A DNA stretch of 64,000 nucleotides, from positions 1 through 64,000 of the forward strand of contig CDMY01000718.1 in the NCBI GenBank assembly GCA_001179505.1, in the 5' to 3' direction. Below, in pieces: positions 1-11,574 of this stretch (position 1 is its first letter; each line of letters begins with the position of its first letter). This stretch comes from Vitrella brassicaformis CCMP3155 (Eukaryota > Protista > Chromerida). A program made the position numbers and the translations under genes. The notes below the pieces were generated by a model that searched no databases, had not been told where the DNA came from, and saw only the letters and a program-made list of their open reading frames with translations.

Positions 1-600
1 TGTGTCAGCACCACCGATTTCTGGCTGAATGGCTTCCCCCCCAACGTGTGTCACACTCACCCGGTCCGCCATGGCTGCGGAAAGCCTACAAAAGCGATGG
101 GAAGAAGGACAACCACCGTCGGAGGACCCCCACCGCTTCCGCGAAGGTGAGGATCTCTGAGATCTCTGCTGGCGAGGGCTTCCGAGGGTCCTCGGTGGTA
201 GTTTTTCCTATCCAGAGATCCCAGAAGGTCCATTTTGAAACACCTGTGTTACCTGACAGCTCCGATCGTCCTCAACCAAACATCACTGAAGAGGGCCTCT
301 GGCCCTTCCCTGATTGTCCCTGCATCACACGCAAGCACAAACAAGGCACAGAATGAACGAATAACATTCTTCAGAGAGATCTGCAGCTGCGGTTTCAGGA
401 AAAGTGAGAGCTCTAACACAAACAACCTGCGAGCTTTTGGAGCAAAAGAAGAGATTGAAAGGGGACAACAGCAATATGAAACAGACACGGTGAGCACAAC
501 AGAGGGTCGAATCACTGATCCATTTCATGCATCTGATCTGTCACTCTCGTCTTTCACTCATATCGATGTCTCATGCGCGTGTCAGGTGTGGAGATGCCTC

Positions 601-2281
601 AATGGCTGCCGCATTCAAGGCCCATATGGCTGGCGCGCCATTCGTGCCGCTCGCCCCCGCTGAGATCGCCCAGGGCTTCCCCGTCCCTCGAGGCCCGCGC
701 CCGGCAGCAAAGTGGGCGAGGCAGGCGTTCAGGCGGTGACGCGCAACATGAGCACATCCACAATGGCGTCGGAAACAATTGTGAGGGAAAAAATGCGTTT
801 GCAATATGGCCGCTCGGTCGACGTTGCTGCTCAACGTGGGCGGCACCGTCATGGCATTCCCGCGCGATGCGCTGCGTCGGGAAGGCCTCTGGCACACCTG
901 TCTGGCGGTGCTGCTGAGCCGGTTCGATGGCTGGATGCTCAAAGACCCCAACGGGATTCACTTCATTGACGCAGAGCCCTGCTACTTCATCTGGTGGGTG
1001 GGGGAGGGAAGGCACGAACGTTCAATTCACAGACCGTTCTGTCGTCTGTCCTCGTGTGTGTGTGTGTGTGTGTGGTTTCAGGTTGGCCGCGAAGCTTGGG
1101 GACCTGACGGGCAACCACACCGACCTGAGTGACATCTGTGAGGGCTCCCCGGCAGTGGCCTTCTACCACGACCTATTCTTCGCCACGACTGCCCTGACCG
1201 TCGATGCGCAGCACGGCGATGGCGACAGTGACGGTTTTCGGGGGTTCATGGCCACCATGGGCCCCTTCATCAGCTCATCGGCGGGCGGGACGGGCCACAC
1301 CGTCTGTGCGGGTGGGAGTGGTGTGGCCACCACCGACGCCACACTGGACGCCTCCCAAACGCTACACAACCGATTCACCAAGTGGGAAGGAACACAGGCA
1401 GGAAGATATAGGGTGCCGCATTGTAGGTCTGCTGTGTGTGGCGCGTCCAGGTATGCTGGGCCCGTCGTTGATGTCTCCGCAGACACCTTCCGCAAGTAAG
1501 GAGCATGAGCACAGCAGCCGGCAGCAGAGCTGTCACACTTTGTGCGGTGTGGTGTGGTGTGGTGTGGTGCGGTGCGGCTAGGGTTGTGGAATACGTCCGT
1601 TGCATTCGGTTCGCCCCCGACGCGGCCACGCCCTTGTCGGCGAGCGGCTCATTTGACGAGTTGCTGTATGCGTGTGAGATGTACGGCCTGATGGAGCGGG
1701 TATTCCTCTCGATGATCGGCAAATCACACAGCCACGTCAAATGCTTATTCAGGTGGGTGAGGGGCACCATACGCAGTACGCCGGCGGGGGATGGTGTATG
1801 TGTGTGTTTGTGTCAGGAGTTCGCATGACGGCTGGGAGTATGCGACACTGTTGGAGGGGACGAGAGGTGCGCAAAGCGGCCTGCTGTTCGTCATTGAGGA
1901 TGAACATCAGCACACCCTCGCGTGTCACGTTGACGGGCCCCTCATCGCCCCAACCGACCCAACACAAGAGCAGTCAAGAACCAGGACGGTGTGCCGAGGG
2001 GCAACGTGTGCACTGCTGGTGGCTGGCTGTGGCTGGGGGTGGGGACGGATGATGGACCGGCTGGCGACATTCGCCGCTGCGATCAATGGCTGAAGAGGCA
2101 CGAGCTGCCGGCCGACAAGACGTATCGCGGCAAGTTCCACGACAACGGAAACGCGACATTGGCGGCCGCACATATATTCACATGTGCGGACTTGGAGGTT
2201 TATACCTTAGTGGAGGTCGGAAACAGACAGCCAGAAGCAGAGGCGTACATGGCTGAGCATTACCTGCTTCTGTGTGTGTGA
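601..2281 (+). pseudogene. Tandem BTB/POZ + TLDc domain gene, probably disrupted
   Basis: BTB-like start (STLLLNVGGTVMAFPRDAL...HFIDAEPCYF). A second BTB-like segment ends ELLYACEMYGLMERV. TLDc follows (HDGWEYATLL...LLFVIEDE...FTCADLEVYTL). The frame breaks near 740-805 and near 1968, where the FSLxGxFxxPT core seen in the other TLDc copies is missing. Confidence 0.55.
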
Positions 2282-2930
2282 ATGTCGTCCATCCAGGTGC
2301 CGTACAATTGGCAGTGGCTGAATGCGGCGTCGTCGCTGATCGAGGGCGAGGGAGCTATAGCTGGCATGCTTGCGAAGCTGGCCGACGACTCGCTCATGTG
2401 TCGATGCGGTCGGTGAGTGTGCCTGGGCTGGTGGTGGCGCTGGCGTCGGTGTCTATTGTGTGCTATCACTCTGTCTGAATGGCTACATGCGGTGGACACC
2501 TTCACCGGATAGGTAGATGTCACTTTTTGTGTTCGCTGCATCATGATGATGATTGCTCGGCCACAAAGAAACTGTTTGAGTGAGTTAATGGACTCTGTGT
2601 CAAGATGACATGCAGCCCGTCCCCGAGTTAGCCAATCCCCTCGGATGACTCATACACACGTAGTCAACGAGCGTTGTCTCTGCATGTATTGTTCCCCTTC
2701 GCGTGCTTGATGCGAACTGAGGAACTTCGTCGCCCGTTCAAGTATCTCCCTCAGATACTTGTTTTGGGCTGATTCAATTAGGCGCCTGGACTCCATTATG
2801 ACATTTCATGACTCCCAGGCACGTGAATGTTTCCGACGCAAGTTCAGCCACACGTACTGGGATGTCAAACACACCGATACCCACACGCACTCGAAACACC
2901 ACATGCGTGTTGGCTCTCCCTCCCCACTCA

Positions 2931-4719
2931 CTAGCCCTTTTTCTGCCACTGCTGCTGCTTCCCCCTCTGGCCCTTCTGACCTTTCTCACGACCCCCGCGG
3001 CCTCGGCTGCATGAAGGCAACACACACGCGTCATAAACACACACACACACACACACACACAAGCCATGGAGGTAATAAGTATTGCATCGTCTGCTGACCT
3101 TGGTGGCCGGCCGGAAGCGCCTTCGTCACCCGCCTGGGCCTGAACGAAGCCACACACATCGACAGACGCACACTAATGGGTATATGTGTGCACGGATTGC
3201 GTGGCGTCTCGCTTACGGTGTCGACAGGCGGCTGTGCAGCCGCTTTGGGGGGGGCTTCAGGAGCTGCCTTCTCCCTGGGCGCACTGACCTGCATCCACTC
3301 CTTCTTGGGCGCCGTGGGCGGCATGAATACCTTGGCCGGCGCCCGCTTTGCCGGTTCGGCCTTGGCAGGAGGGCCCTCACCCCCAGCACCACCAACACCG
3401 CCCCCGCTCCCGCCGCTGTCCCTCGCCCTGTCCTTGTCTTTGCCCTTCTCCTTTGGTGCGCCGTCTGCCTCGCCAACGGCATGATGTGGCTTGACGCCCA
3501 GTGTCCGAGACAGCAGGGTGGCCGCAGCTTTGCCTTCAGTCACGCTGACTTTGGCGTGAGGGGGGTGCCGAGCGGCGGGGGCTGGGGCGGGTGCAGCCTT
3601 GGTGCCGTTGCGGGCGTCCGCCTTGCCCTTTTTGGGTTTGGGTGCGGGGGGCGGGGGCGGACGGGCCACAGACAGCCCGTGGATGTTGGCAAACTCCTTG
3701 GCCTTCTGCTCTTTCAGCTGCATGAAACCAGCCGAGAGAAAAAGAAAAGCAGGGTTGCGTGTGGGAATCCGTGTGTCCATCGGTGACCCATCTGTGCGTG
3801 GGTGCGCACCTTTCTGTATTTGCTGTCGCGTCTGGCGAGTATCTCGAGGACGAGTGGCGTGAGCTGCTCATCTTTCGCGGCCTCCTTCTGACGCTCCAAC
3901 TCAGCTGCAGCAGCGAAGGCACACATGGCACGAATGTGGTCAGCATTTCCTCCCTGTTCTCCCTCTCCTTCGTACCTTGCAGCTCAGCGGCACTGACGGG
4001 CTTTTGCGCTTCCTTGGGCGATGCGAGCGACTCTAGGAAAGCCTGATAGCTGGGGTCTGAACAGACAATGGAGAGGGTGCAGGTGATGATCTGATCTGAT
4101 CAACCTATGTATGGGTGTGGTCCGCGTTCAGATGATCTACGCACCTGATTCGATGGTGTCTTCCCGCTGGTCCGTGGTGGCCCGCTTCTTGGGCGCTTTC
4201 TGGTAGGGCGCGTTGGAGACCACCGCACGGAAAGACTCACCTACACAACACTCGCACGCCAGGCGTGTGTGATGCCTCCTCCTCTTCTCGTCTCACACAC
4301 ACGGAGACACACCTCGGTCATCTACGAAGGAGTGACCCTGAAATGACCACCACACACAGAGATCAGATCGCATCAGATCAGGCCGGCCATCCGTTGCGCC
4401 GCTCACATGGTAGTTCTTGGCGAAGTCCTCGGCGTCTGAAGGCTCACGGAACTGAAGGTAGCAGCGGCCATTGGAGCTCGCCTGCCGATGGCCGTCGCCC
4501 GCGCCTCGCCGCTTGCCGGGGACGAAGTGCAGCCACTCGTACTTGCCATCGTAGGACGCGATAGTCTCCACAAACTGCGACTCATCCAAAGTGGGAGGCA
4601 GCAGACGAACCACAACTGAGAAGACGGACAAAGCAAGAATAAGCTGGAAACGGGTATCCGCGTGTGCCTGTGTCGGTCTTACGCTTCAGATTAGCGCGGC
4701 TGGGCCTCTTTTCTGCCAT
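2931..4719 (-). CDS. UPF3: Nonsense-mediated decay factor UPF3 (Smg4/UPF3 domain), multi-exon
   Basis: Spliced MAEKRPSRANLK|LVVRLLPPTLDESQF...WLHFVPG...RCYLQF...FAKNYH, then FQGHSFVDDRG, AVVSNAPYQKAP, DTIES and YQAFLESL match the UPF3 RRM-like domain. A K/E/P-rich tail ends SRGRGGREKGQKGQRGKQQQWQKKG*. Confidence 0.85.
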
Positions 4720-4799
4720 CTGTGCAAATGCGAGCTGAGCTCTCAGTCTGCGCGTTTCACGGCACCGAAACAGCCCTTCGAGAAGCGACCTGAGGCATC

Positions 4800-4901
4800 A
4801 TGTCTGGCAAGAAGCTGTACGTGGAGGTGGCGGGCATCTCGGAGGACTCAATGTCTGGCAAGAAGCTGTACGTGGAGGTGGCGGGCATCTCGGAGGACTC
4901 A
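4800..4901 (+). repeat. Exact 51-bp tandem duplication including the start codon
   Basis: atgtctggcaagaagctgtacgtggaggtggcgggcatctcggaggactca occurs at 4800-4850 and at 4851-4901. Confidence 0.95.
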
Positions 4902-5527
4902 GAGGAGGTAACACAGCAACACGCACGCGGCCGCCCTGCGACGCTCTGCAACGCCATCACCATTGTGCTTGGATCTTGCCTGCCTGCAGATAGTCAGGTC
5001 CATGCTCATGCCGTACAAACCCAAGCAAATCGTTTTCGACAGAGATAGCGACCGTAGGCAACACACACAAAGACGGCTGGACCGCTGCTGTTTCATGTCT
5101 GCCTCCGTGCCAGGTGCGGTGCTGGAGGTGGATCAACTCTCTCACCAGACGCTCATCGAGGTGAGAGAAAGACACGCCAAACCACACACATCTCACTGCA
5201 TATCTGTGTGTCTGATCTCCCTCCCTTCAGTTGGGTCTGCAGAACTACACCATCCGTTCGCTCGAGGCAGCGGACGTCAAGGGCCTGTTTGGCCTGCAGG
5301 AGGACGAGACCGTCAAGAAGGAGGAGCCCGAGCCCGTCAAGGAGGCCCCACTGGCGGCATCGGCGCTGCGGCAGCGTGCCACGGAGGCCACGTCCAAGGA
5401 CACCAGCGCGCGCGTGAAGCTGCCCGAGACGGACGCCTTCAAGATGCTCCTCGACGAGCGGTTCGTGTGCCCGCTCATCGCCGCCAGCCTCCTGTGTCTG
5501 CTGGTGCTGGGGTTGTTCTTCGAGTGA
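4800..5527 (+). CDS. Hypothetical tail-anchored membrane protein (about 4 exons)
   Basis: MSGKKLYVEVAGISEDS x2 EE|IVRSMLMPYKPKQIVFDRDSDR|...AVLEVDQLSHQTLIE|LGLQNYTIRS... ends in a hydrophobic helix FVCPLIAASLLCLLVLGLFFE*. Donors are canonical gtaaca/gtaggc/gtgaga. Confidence 0.6.
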
Positions 5528-6162
5528 GCCAGGTGTAGCAGTCGTAGGTCCTCTTTTTCGAGGACAGGGAGCGTCTGTGTTGGCGTAGGTTGGTGGGTTG
5601 GCGGGTCGGTGGGTGGGTGGGCGATGAGGCGCTCTCAGAGCAGCAGCTGGGCAGGTTGAATGAAGTCAGTTTGCCTAGAGAGGTGCACTGGGGCGATGTA
5701 TGAGTAGCGAAGATCCACACACACGCACACCCATGGCGTAGACGAGCGGCGGCTTAATTCTTGCCGCCTTCCATCGCCTTGCTGTCTGTCTATCTGTCTG
5801 TCTAGCCTTGATCGCCGTTTTGTCTGCCCTTGGCACCTCCCCCCTCACCCTACCATCATTCTGCCTTCATGTGCGCAACTTTCACACTCGTGATTTAATG
5901 GCGGATGCACAATGACACTCGTGTGTGCCGGTGTGCGTACGTGAGACACTCGTATGTTTTTCGGTGATTCAATCAGTCAGCGTCTGTCACGACACTCCCT
6001 CTCCACGCATATCGTCTACAGGCCTCCCTGCTAGATCGTTCAAGATGCATAGAGCCTGCCCAATAGAGCGTACAAATGGAACAGAACAAGGCAGCAGATA
6101 TCCGCCCCACACTCATCCACACAACACACGAATCCCCCCAAGAAACACCCCTCGACGCCCGC

Positions 6163-9015
6163 TCATCCATCCATCACAAATGCCCCCGGCACCAGAGTGA
6201 TACCTCCCGTCCCGCCCCCCTGCAGCCCACCACCTCTCGACCTCGCCCCAGGCGCTGGCGTCAGCACCATCCGCTGACGCCCCTTCTTCTGCGCTTTAGT
6301 CAGCCGCAGGGGACCATTCCGCCGCCTCCGTGATGAGGGCGGTGGGGCGCGCGACGATGCATCGTCAGCTGTGATGGAGGGATCGGGCGGGTCGGGCGCC
6401 AAGTCGCTGGTGAGATGCTCCCACTGCTGCTGCTGCTGCTGCTGGAGGACGGGAAAATCGGCCTGGTGGGCGTCAGCCATCATGGCTGGTGCGGCTGGCG
6501 CTGCTGGTGCGTTGTCGTCGCACACCATCTCTGCCGCCTGTGCAGGCCAGAGCGGGGCATTGGCCACGTCCATCGCCGGTGTTGCCGCAGCGTGTCCATG
6601 TCCATACCCGTCCGGCCAGCCACACGCCTCTGCTGCGTGCTGCGGTGAGTGCGCAGCGAAGTATTGGGGTGGGATGGGGGGCGGGGGATGCGGCGCACAG
6701 TAGTAGGGCAGCGGGGTGGTGGGCGGCAGCGGCACGGGCAATGGCGCATGCGGGTGGGGCATGGCAGCAGGGGAGGCGGTAAGGTCTTCCTCCGGCTGTT
6801 CTCGGTGCTGGTTGAGGAAGCGGATCATGTCGTCGTGCGTCAGGCGACGGGCTCCGCCACCACGCAATAAGCCGGTTGCCTCGGTGAGCTCCTCATCAGA
6901 AGACGCCTACATACAACCACGCACATGACAAGTGGACGTGTGCAGACTGATGGACGTACCACGTGTGCGAGTCTCTGGAGGTATTTGAGGAAGAGTTTTG
7001 CGTCGTGCCACATGGCCTCGAACTCAGGCAGCAGCTTCTTCAGCAGTCCCATCAACTTGCTCTGCATACAACACACAGACACACGGATGTCATGACCCAT
7101 GCGCATGTGTACTTTTTTGGATCTCTGATCGCCCGCTCACCATGGAGAAGACCTTTGGCCCCCATGTGTTTGCGTATTCCTCCGATGTGAGCTTCATGAG
7201 CTCCAGGAAGCGCATGACGTCCTGCGGGCCCCTCCCGCCCAACTCCATCTCGCCCCCACTGCCCTCCTCAAGACCACCTATGTAACTCCGTAGCAACACG
7301 TGATAACCTAGTCGACACACACACAAAAAGAGAGAAAGGGAGAAATGCAGAGGCATTGCGTGTGCGGCCATCGCGGCCGTTGGTGTGTACGTTTCGAGTA
7401 TCTGAAGTTGGTAGGGAAGATGGTGTGGTTCCTGAAGAGCGGCAGCAGCAGGAACAGGAGGCAGAAGTCCTCGTAGGTGAAGTTGAGGATGATCAGGAAG
7501 TGCGCCCCCGGCTTGAGGAAGTGCGTGAGGGTCAGCCAGATGGCGTGGCTGCGCAGCTTCGTCTCCTCCAGGTAGATCTCAGAGTCGCCCTTGCCGCGCT
7601 TCCGGGGGGCGTGGATCACCGCACCCAGATGCACGATGTCATACCCACCAACAGGACCTATACATACACACACAGATGGTGGCCATCCGTGTGTGCCTCT
7701 GTGTGTGTACGTGTGTGGTGTTCTCGCATACTTGGGCTCTGCTCGATTTTCTGTCGGTTGACGTCCACCGGGTCAGTGAGGTCGGCGTCGATGACGGTCA
7801 TCCGGTCGTGTGCGTACTTCATGTTGACGCCGCCTTTGGGCCGCACGGGCAGTGTCAGGGCCGTCACCGACTGTACCGAACAGTCCTCGAGCCAAAACTT
7901 ACAGCAACCACCTACACAGACACACCCACACACCGAACTCGTTTTGCATCGGGAAGTGTGTGTGAGGGGCGAGGGCGCTGTCACCTGGTGCTGCGCCGAG
8001 CTCGAGCACGTGTGCGTTGAAGGGTATCTCGTTCTTCAGCAGCCCCCCGTCTCGTTTGAATGCCCGCATGCCCTGCTCGTAGATGTAGTAGTAGGCCTCG
8101 ATGGACACCTCGGGCGACAGGTCGTTGTTGGGGCAGTTGTTGGTCGAGAACTGGTGCTCTGACCGATCATTGACACACACACAGCCACATATCCGTATGA
8201 TGTATGCTCCTCCTCTACTTTTCTCTCATTTCCGCACCTCTGTATTTCCATATGGCCTGCACACACGGATCATTGCGATTGGCCAGCTCGGCGGCCCTCA
8301 GGGACCGGAACGCCTCGCTAAGTTTGAGAGTCTCGGCGAAGAACTCATCCTTGAAGGGTTCGCGTGGCTTATTCCCCCTTGGTGCGGCCTGCGTACCTGC
8401 ACACGCATTCAGAGAATAAGGCAGCGGGTGTCATCGGGTGCACAGGTCTCTCGATCGCTCACCGTCTGCCACATCTGGCGTCGGCAGCAGTGGAGGCAGC
8501 TCGCCAACGCCCGCAAGAGACTCACCAACCACCCCTCCACCACCCACAGCGTAGCCGGATCCCTCCCAACCATATTGCTCCCACCCATGGGGTGACCATC
8601 CAGCAGCATAGTAGTCCCAGTGGCCGTGTGTGTGCGGGGCGGGCGCAGGGGGAGGGGGACAGGGATGACTGGGCTGAGGCGGCACCGGAGCTGGCACAGA
8701 CAGGTGATGGTGCACGTATGGATGACATAAGAAGTCGCCACCGGCATCAGCAGCAGATGGTGCCGACAACTGCCATATCTCCTCGCTCACACATGGCGGT
8801 GGGTAGACCACCTGCGGCTGTGGCTGATGGTGAAGGAGAGGGATTGGCTGTGGAACGAGATGGTCCTCACCGGATAGTGCTGTCCTGATGCGCTTCGACT
8901 CCTCGGTGTCACAGACATCCACGTCGGCCTTCCGTTTCAGCACACAACCGCCTCCGGAGGTGGCTGAATGGCCGATGGGCGAGGGAGAGGGAGAGGGGGA
9001 GGGAAAGGGGAACAT
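6163..9015 (-). CDS. FtsJ/RrmJ-like SAM-dependent methyltransferase-domain protein with low-complexity termini
   Basis: Exons encode FRSLRAAEL, NAHVLELGAAPG (SAM-binding motif I), VIDADLTD, IVHLGAVI and HFLKPGAHFLIIL. The P/Q-rich N- and C-terminal exons correspond to ORFs 8431-9030 and 6163-6867. Confidence 0.6.
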
Positions 9016-9194
9016 CCGATCAACCAACAATAGCAGTCCAGTGCGTCAGCTGCATCGAACAAACATCTGATGAGATGGGCATAGGGAACATCTCATCAGA
9101 CTCATCAGCGAGCGCTGGCAGTCCGGCTATCTCCAGGTCACCAAAGCAAAGCCCGTCGTTTGCGAGCTCGCCAGACGTGAGTCGATTGAACACA

Positions 9195-10298
9195 ATGGAG
9201 ATGTCGATGGGCGATGTCAGCGAGGCTGCAGACGGCAGAAATCACGAGAATATCAAAGCGCCGCCGTTGATTGGTCCGCTCTATTTGGTCTCCTCCATTG
9301 CGGGATGGGGCTCCCCGTCATCCGTTGTTCCACTTGCTGTGCCGTCCGACAGCCTGGTGAGCAGCGGAATGGCGCACACACACTAAGGGAGGCGCCCGGC
9401 AGCCCTCAACCCCAACCAACACGAGCCGCGCCAATGATGTCTTCGCTGCTGCTGCCACCTGCCTGCAGGGACTCTGCATGCGGGTGTGTGCGTGCTCCCC
9501 TCTGGCTGTAGCTGCGAGGAGAGGAGACTTCGATCATGGGGCTGCTCATCACGGTAAGCACAGATCTGGAGGGGGAGAAGCACACCCAGAATGTTCAGAT
9601 CTCGATCTTTGAACGCCATCTCTGTGTGTTCAGCTCTTCATCATCATCAAGTTCATCTGCATGCTGTCCTGCTGCGGTGTGTGCATTGGGGCAGTCATCC
9701 AAGCCATCCAAGCTGCGGACGACTACGGCACCGACCAAGTGCGGAGAAAAGGGGGCTGGGTTGATGAGGGAATGTGCGATGACATATCCCTCTTGCATGT
9801 CTGTTCAGGGATACATCTCTCTGTCAGACGTGGACGCGGCATTGGTACGGTCAGATAGACAGAAAGACAGATAGGCAGGCAGGCAGCCTCTCGCTTCATC
9901 GCCCTTGATTGATTGATTGATTGATTGATTGGCATCGTTCACTGAAGGACGTCACAATTGACACCATTGTTGAGCTGTCTACCGCCCTGCCTTTCTCGTA
10001 GGATGGCGACCACACGCCAGCTGCCAACACTGCCAAAGCCAGTAAGCAAATTAGGGCTCAAAGCTCTGCACGTGTGTGGTTCAATGTCCTTCCTGATGCA
10101 GGGATTGTTCTGCTGAGGTTCGTCGTGTCCATGTTGGTCATCTGTGCCCTGACGTCCGGTTACCTCCAGTGGTTCAGAGGCCAAAACGCCGCCAACCAGA
10201 GCGTGAACTTCCTCGTCGCCTGCCTCGAGGTCGCTACGGTTCTGTACATGTACGCTCTTGTCACGGCTTACGCCTACTCGGTCTGGTCGAACGTGTGA
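9195..10298 (+). CDS. Hypothetical multi-pass membrane protein
   Basis: Hand-spliced MEMSMGD...DSL|PSTPT...LCMR|LRGEETSIMGLLIT|LFIIIKFICMLSCCGVCIGAVIQ...|GYISLSDVDAAL|DGDHTPAANTAK|IVLLRFVVSMLVICALT...VLYMYALVTAYAYSVWSNV*. Three or more hydrophobic segments are present. Confidence 0.5.
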
Positions 10299-10559
10299 GG
10301 GCGTATTGATGGGACAGATTGAGCAGTGATCATGTGTTATGTGCCTACACAGTGGGACGTACGCTTTCGAATGAGTGAGTGAGTGAGCATATTGATGGAT
10401 TTTTTCATCGAGTGAATGAAGTCAAGGACGCATCATTCATGAACAAAGTACGTCGACTTCATGGCCACTTTCCGTGACATGATAAACCACACGCCTCAGT
10501 TCCGCACGCTGTCCCGCCTTCCTCCCTCGCCCCCTCCCCCCCTCCCACTGCCACTTCTC

Positions 10560-11546
10560 ACTGCTCAGCCGATGCAAGTTGAACAATCTCCCACTCCTCC
10601 AACTCGCCTTCAACGCTGTCGTCTGCAGGCGCAAACACACATGTGGGAGTGCGTGCATACTGGGCATCTCATACGATCAGCATTGTCTTCGGAATCCTCG
10701 AACAACCCCCCAAAGAACTCCTGTTACATCCATCATGTCGTTGCCATATATTTACCCATACGCGACTGTCTGTCCGCCGTGCACTCACGTCCAGAGCAGA
10801 ATCTATCACCGACTGATCGGCCGCCAGCCACTCATCAAAGCCCTAACAGACCAAGAGACCACAAGAAGGTTATGGAAGCATTCATCCTCATACCTGTGCA
10901 GCTCCAGGCAACGGATGCCAGGCCTCGCGGGACCCGTGGCGAGTGAAGCGCAGGGGCTCTCTTTCGGGATCGGGGACTTGAAGTTCGAGCTCTGGCTTGG
11001 GTTTCTCGTCGGTATACCACCACCACAGAAAACCCCGCAGAAACCGCTGCGCACATACACAGGCAGACGGCCACAAGGACGTGACGGCGCGCTGTGCATC
11101 ACCACACACAGTGCTTTATCTCTCTCCCGTGGGCCGTGGCTGCCCACACAGCCACCCTTCCCCCGGGCCTTCCCTGTGCTTACCGTGATGAGCAGCCCCA
11201 TGATCGAAGTCTCTTCTCCTCGCAGCTACAGCCAGAGGGGAGCACACATGCACACACCCGCACGCAGAGTCCCTGCAGGCAGGCGGCAGCAGCAGCGAAG
11301 ACATCATTGGCGCGGCTCGTGTTGGTTGGGGTGGAGGGCTGCCGGGCGCCTCCCTTGGTGTGTGTGCGCCATTCCGCTGCTCACCAGGCTGTCGGACGGC
11401 ACAGCAAGTAGAACAACGGATGACGGGGAGCCCCATCCCGCAATGGAGGAGACCAAATAGAGCGGACCAATCAACGGCGGCGCTTTGATATTCTCGTGAT
11501 TTCTGCCGTCTGCAGCCTCGCTGGCATCGCCCATAGACATCTCCAT
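10560..11546 (-). CDS. Putative chimeric paralog sharing its 5' exons with the 9195 gene
   Basis: Identical first exons up to MGLLIT|gtaagc, then different putative exons (RFLRGFLWWWYTDEKPKP...; GFDEWLAADQSVIDSALD; DDSVEGELEEWEIVQLASAEQ*). The 3' structure is uncertain. Confidence 0.3.
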
Positions 11547-11574
11547 TGTGTTCAATCGGCTGACGATCCCTCTG

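Larger units (their letters stand above)
9183..11558. repeat. Inverted repeat, ~380-bp arms (9183-9563 and 11174-11558), near-identical, ~1.6-kb spacer
   Basis: Nearly the same peptide (MEMSMGD.SEAADGRNHENIKAPPLIGPLYLVSSIAGWGSPSS) is encoded on + at 9195 and on - at 11546. Nucleotide identity runs from cgattgaacac to acggtaagcacag with scattered substitutions. Confidence 0.9.

Noticed and set aside
1-560. Possible gene start on the minus strand at 73 (gccATGGCGGACCGG|gtgagt) and the ORFs at 48-663
   Set aside because: Only a Kozak-like ATG and a donor site are visible. There is no recognisable protein, and it is truncated by the window edge.
9183-11558. Inverted repeat as terminal inverted repeats of a DNA transposon or MITE
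   Set aside because: The arms contain ordinary exons and introns. No target-site duplication is evident, and there is no transposase in the spacer.
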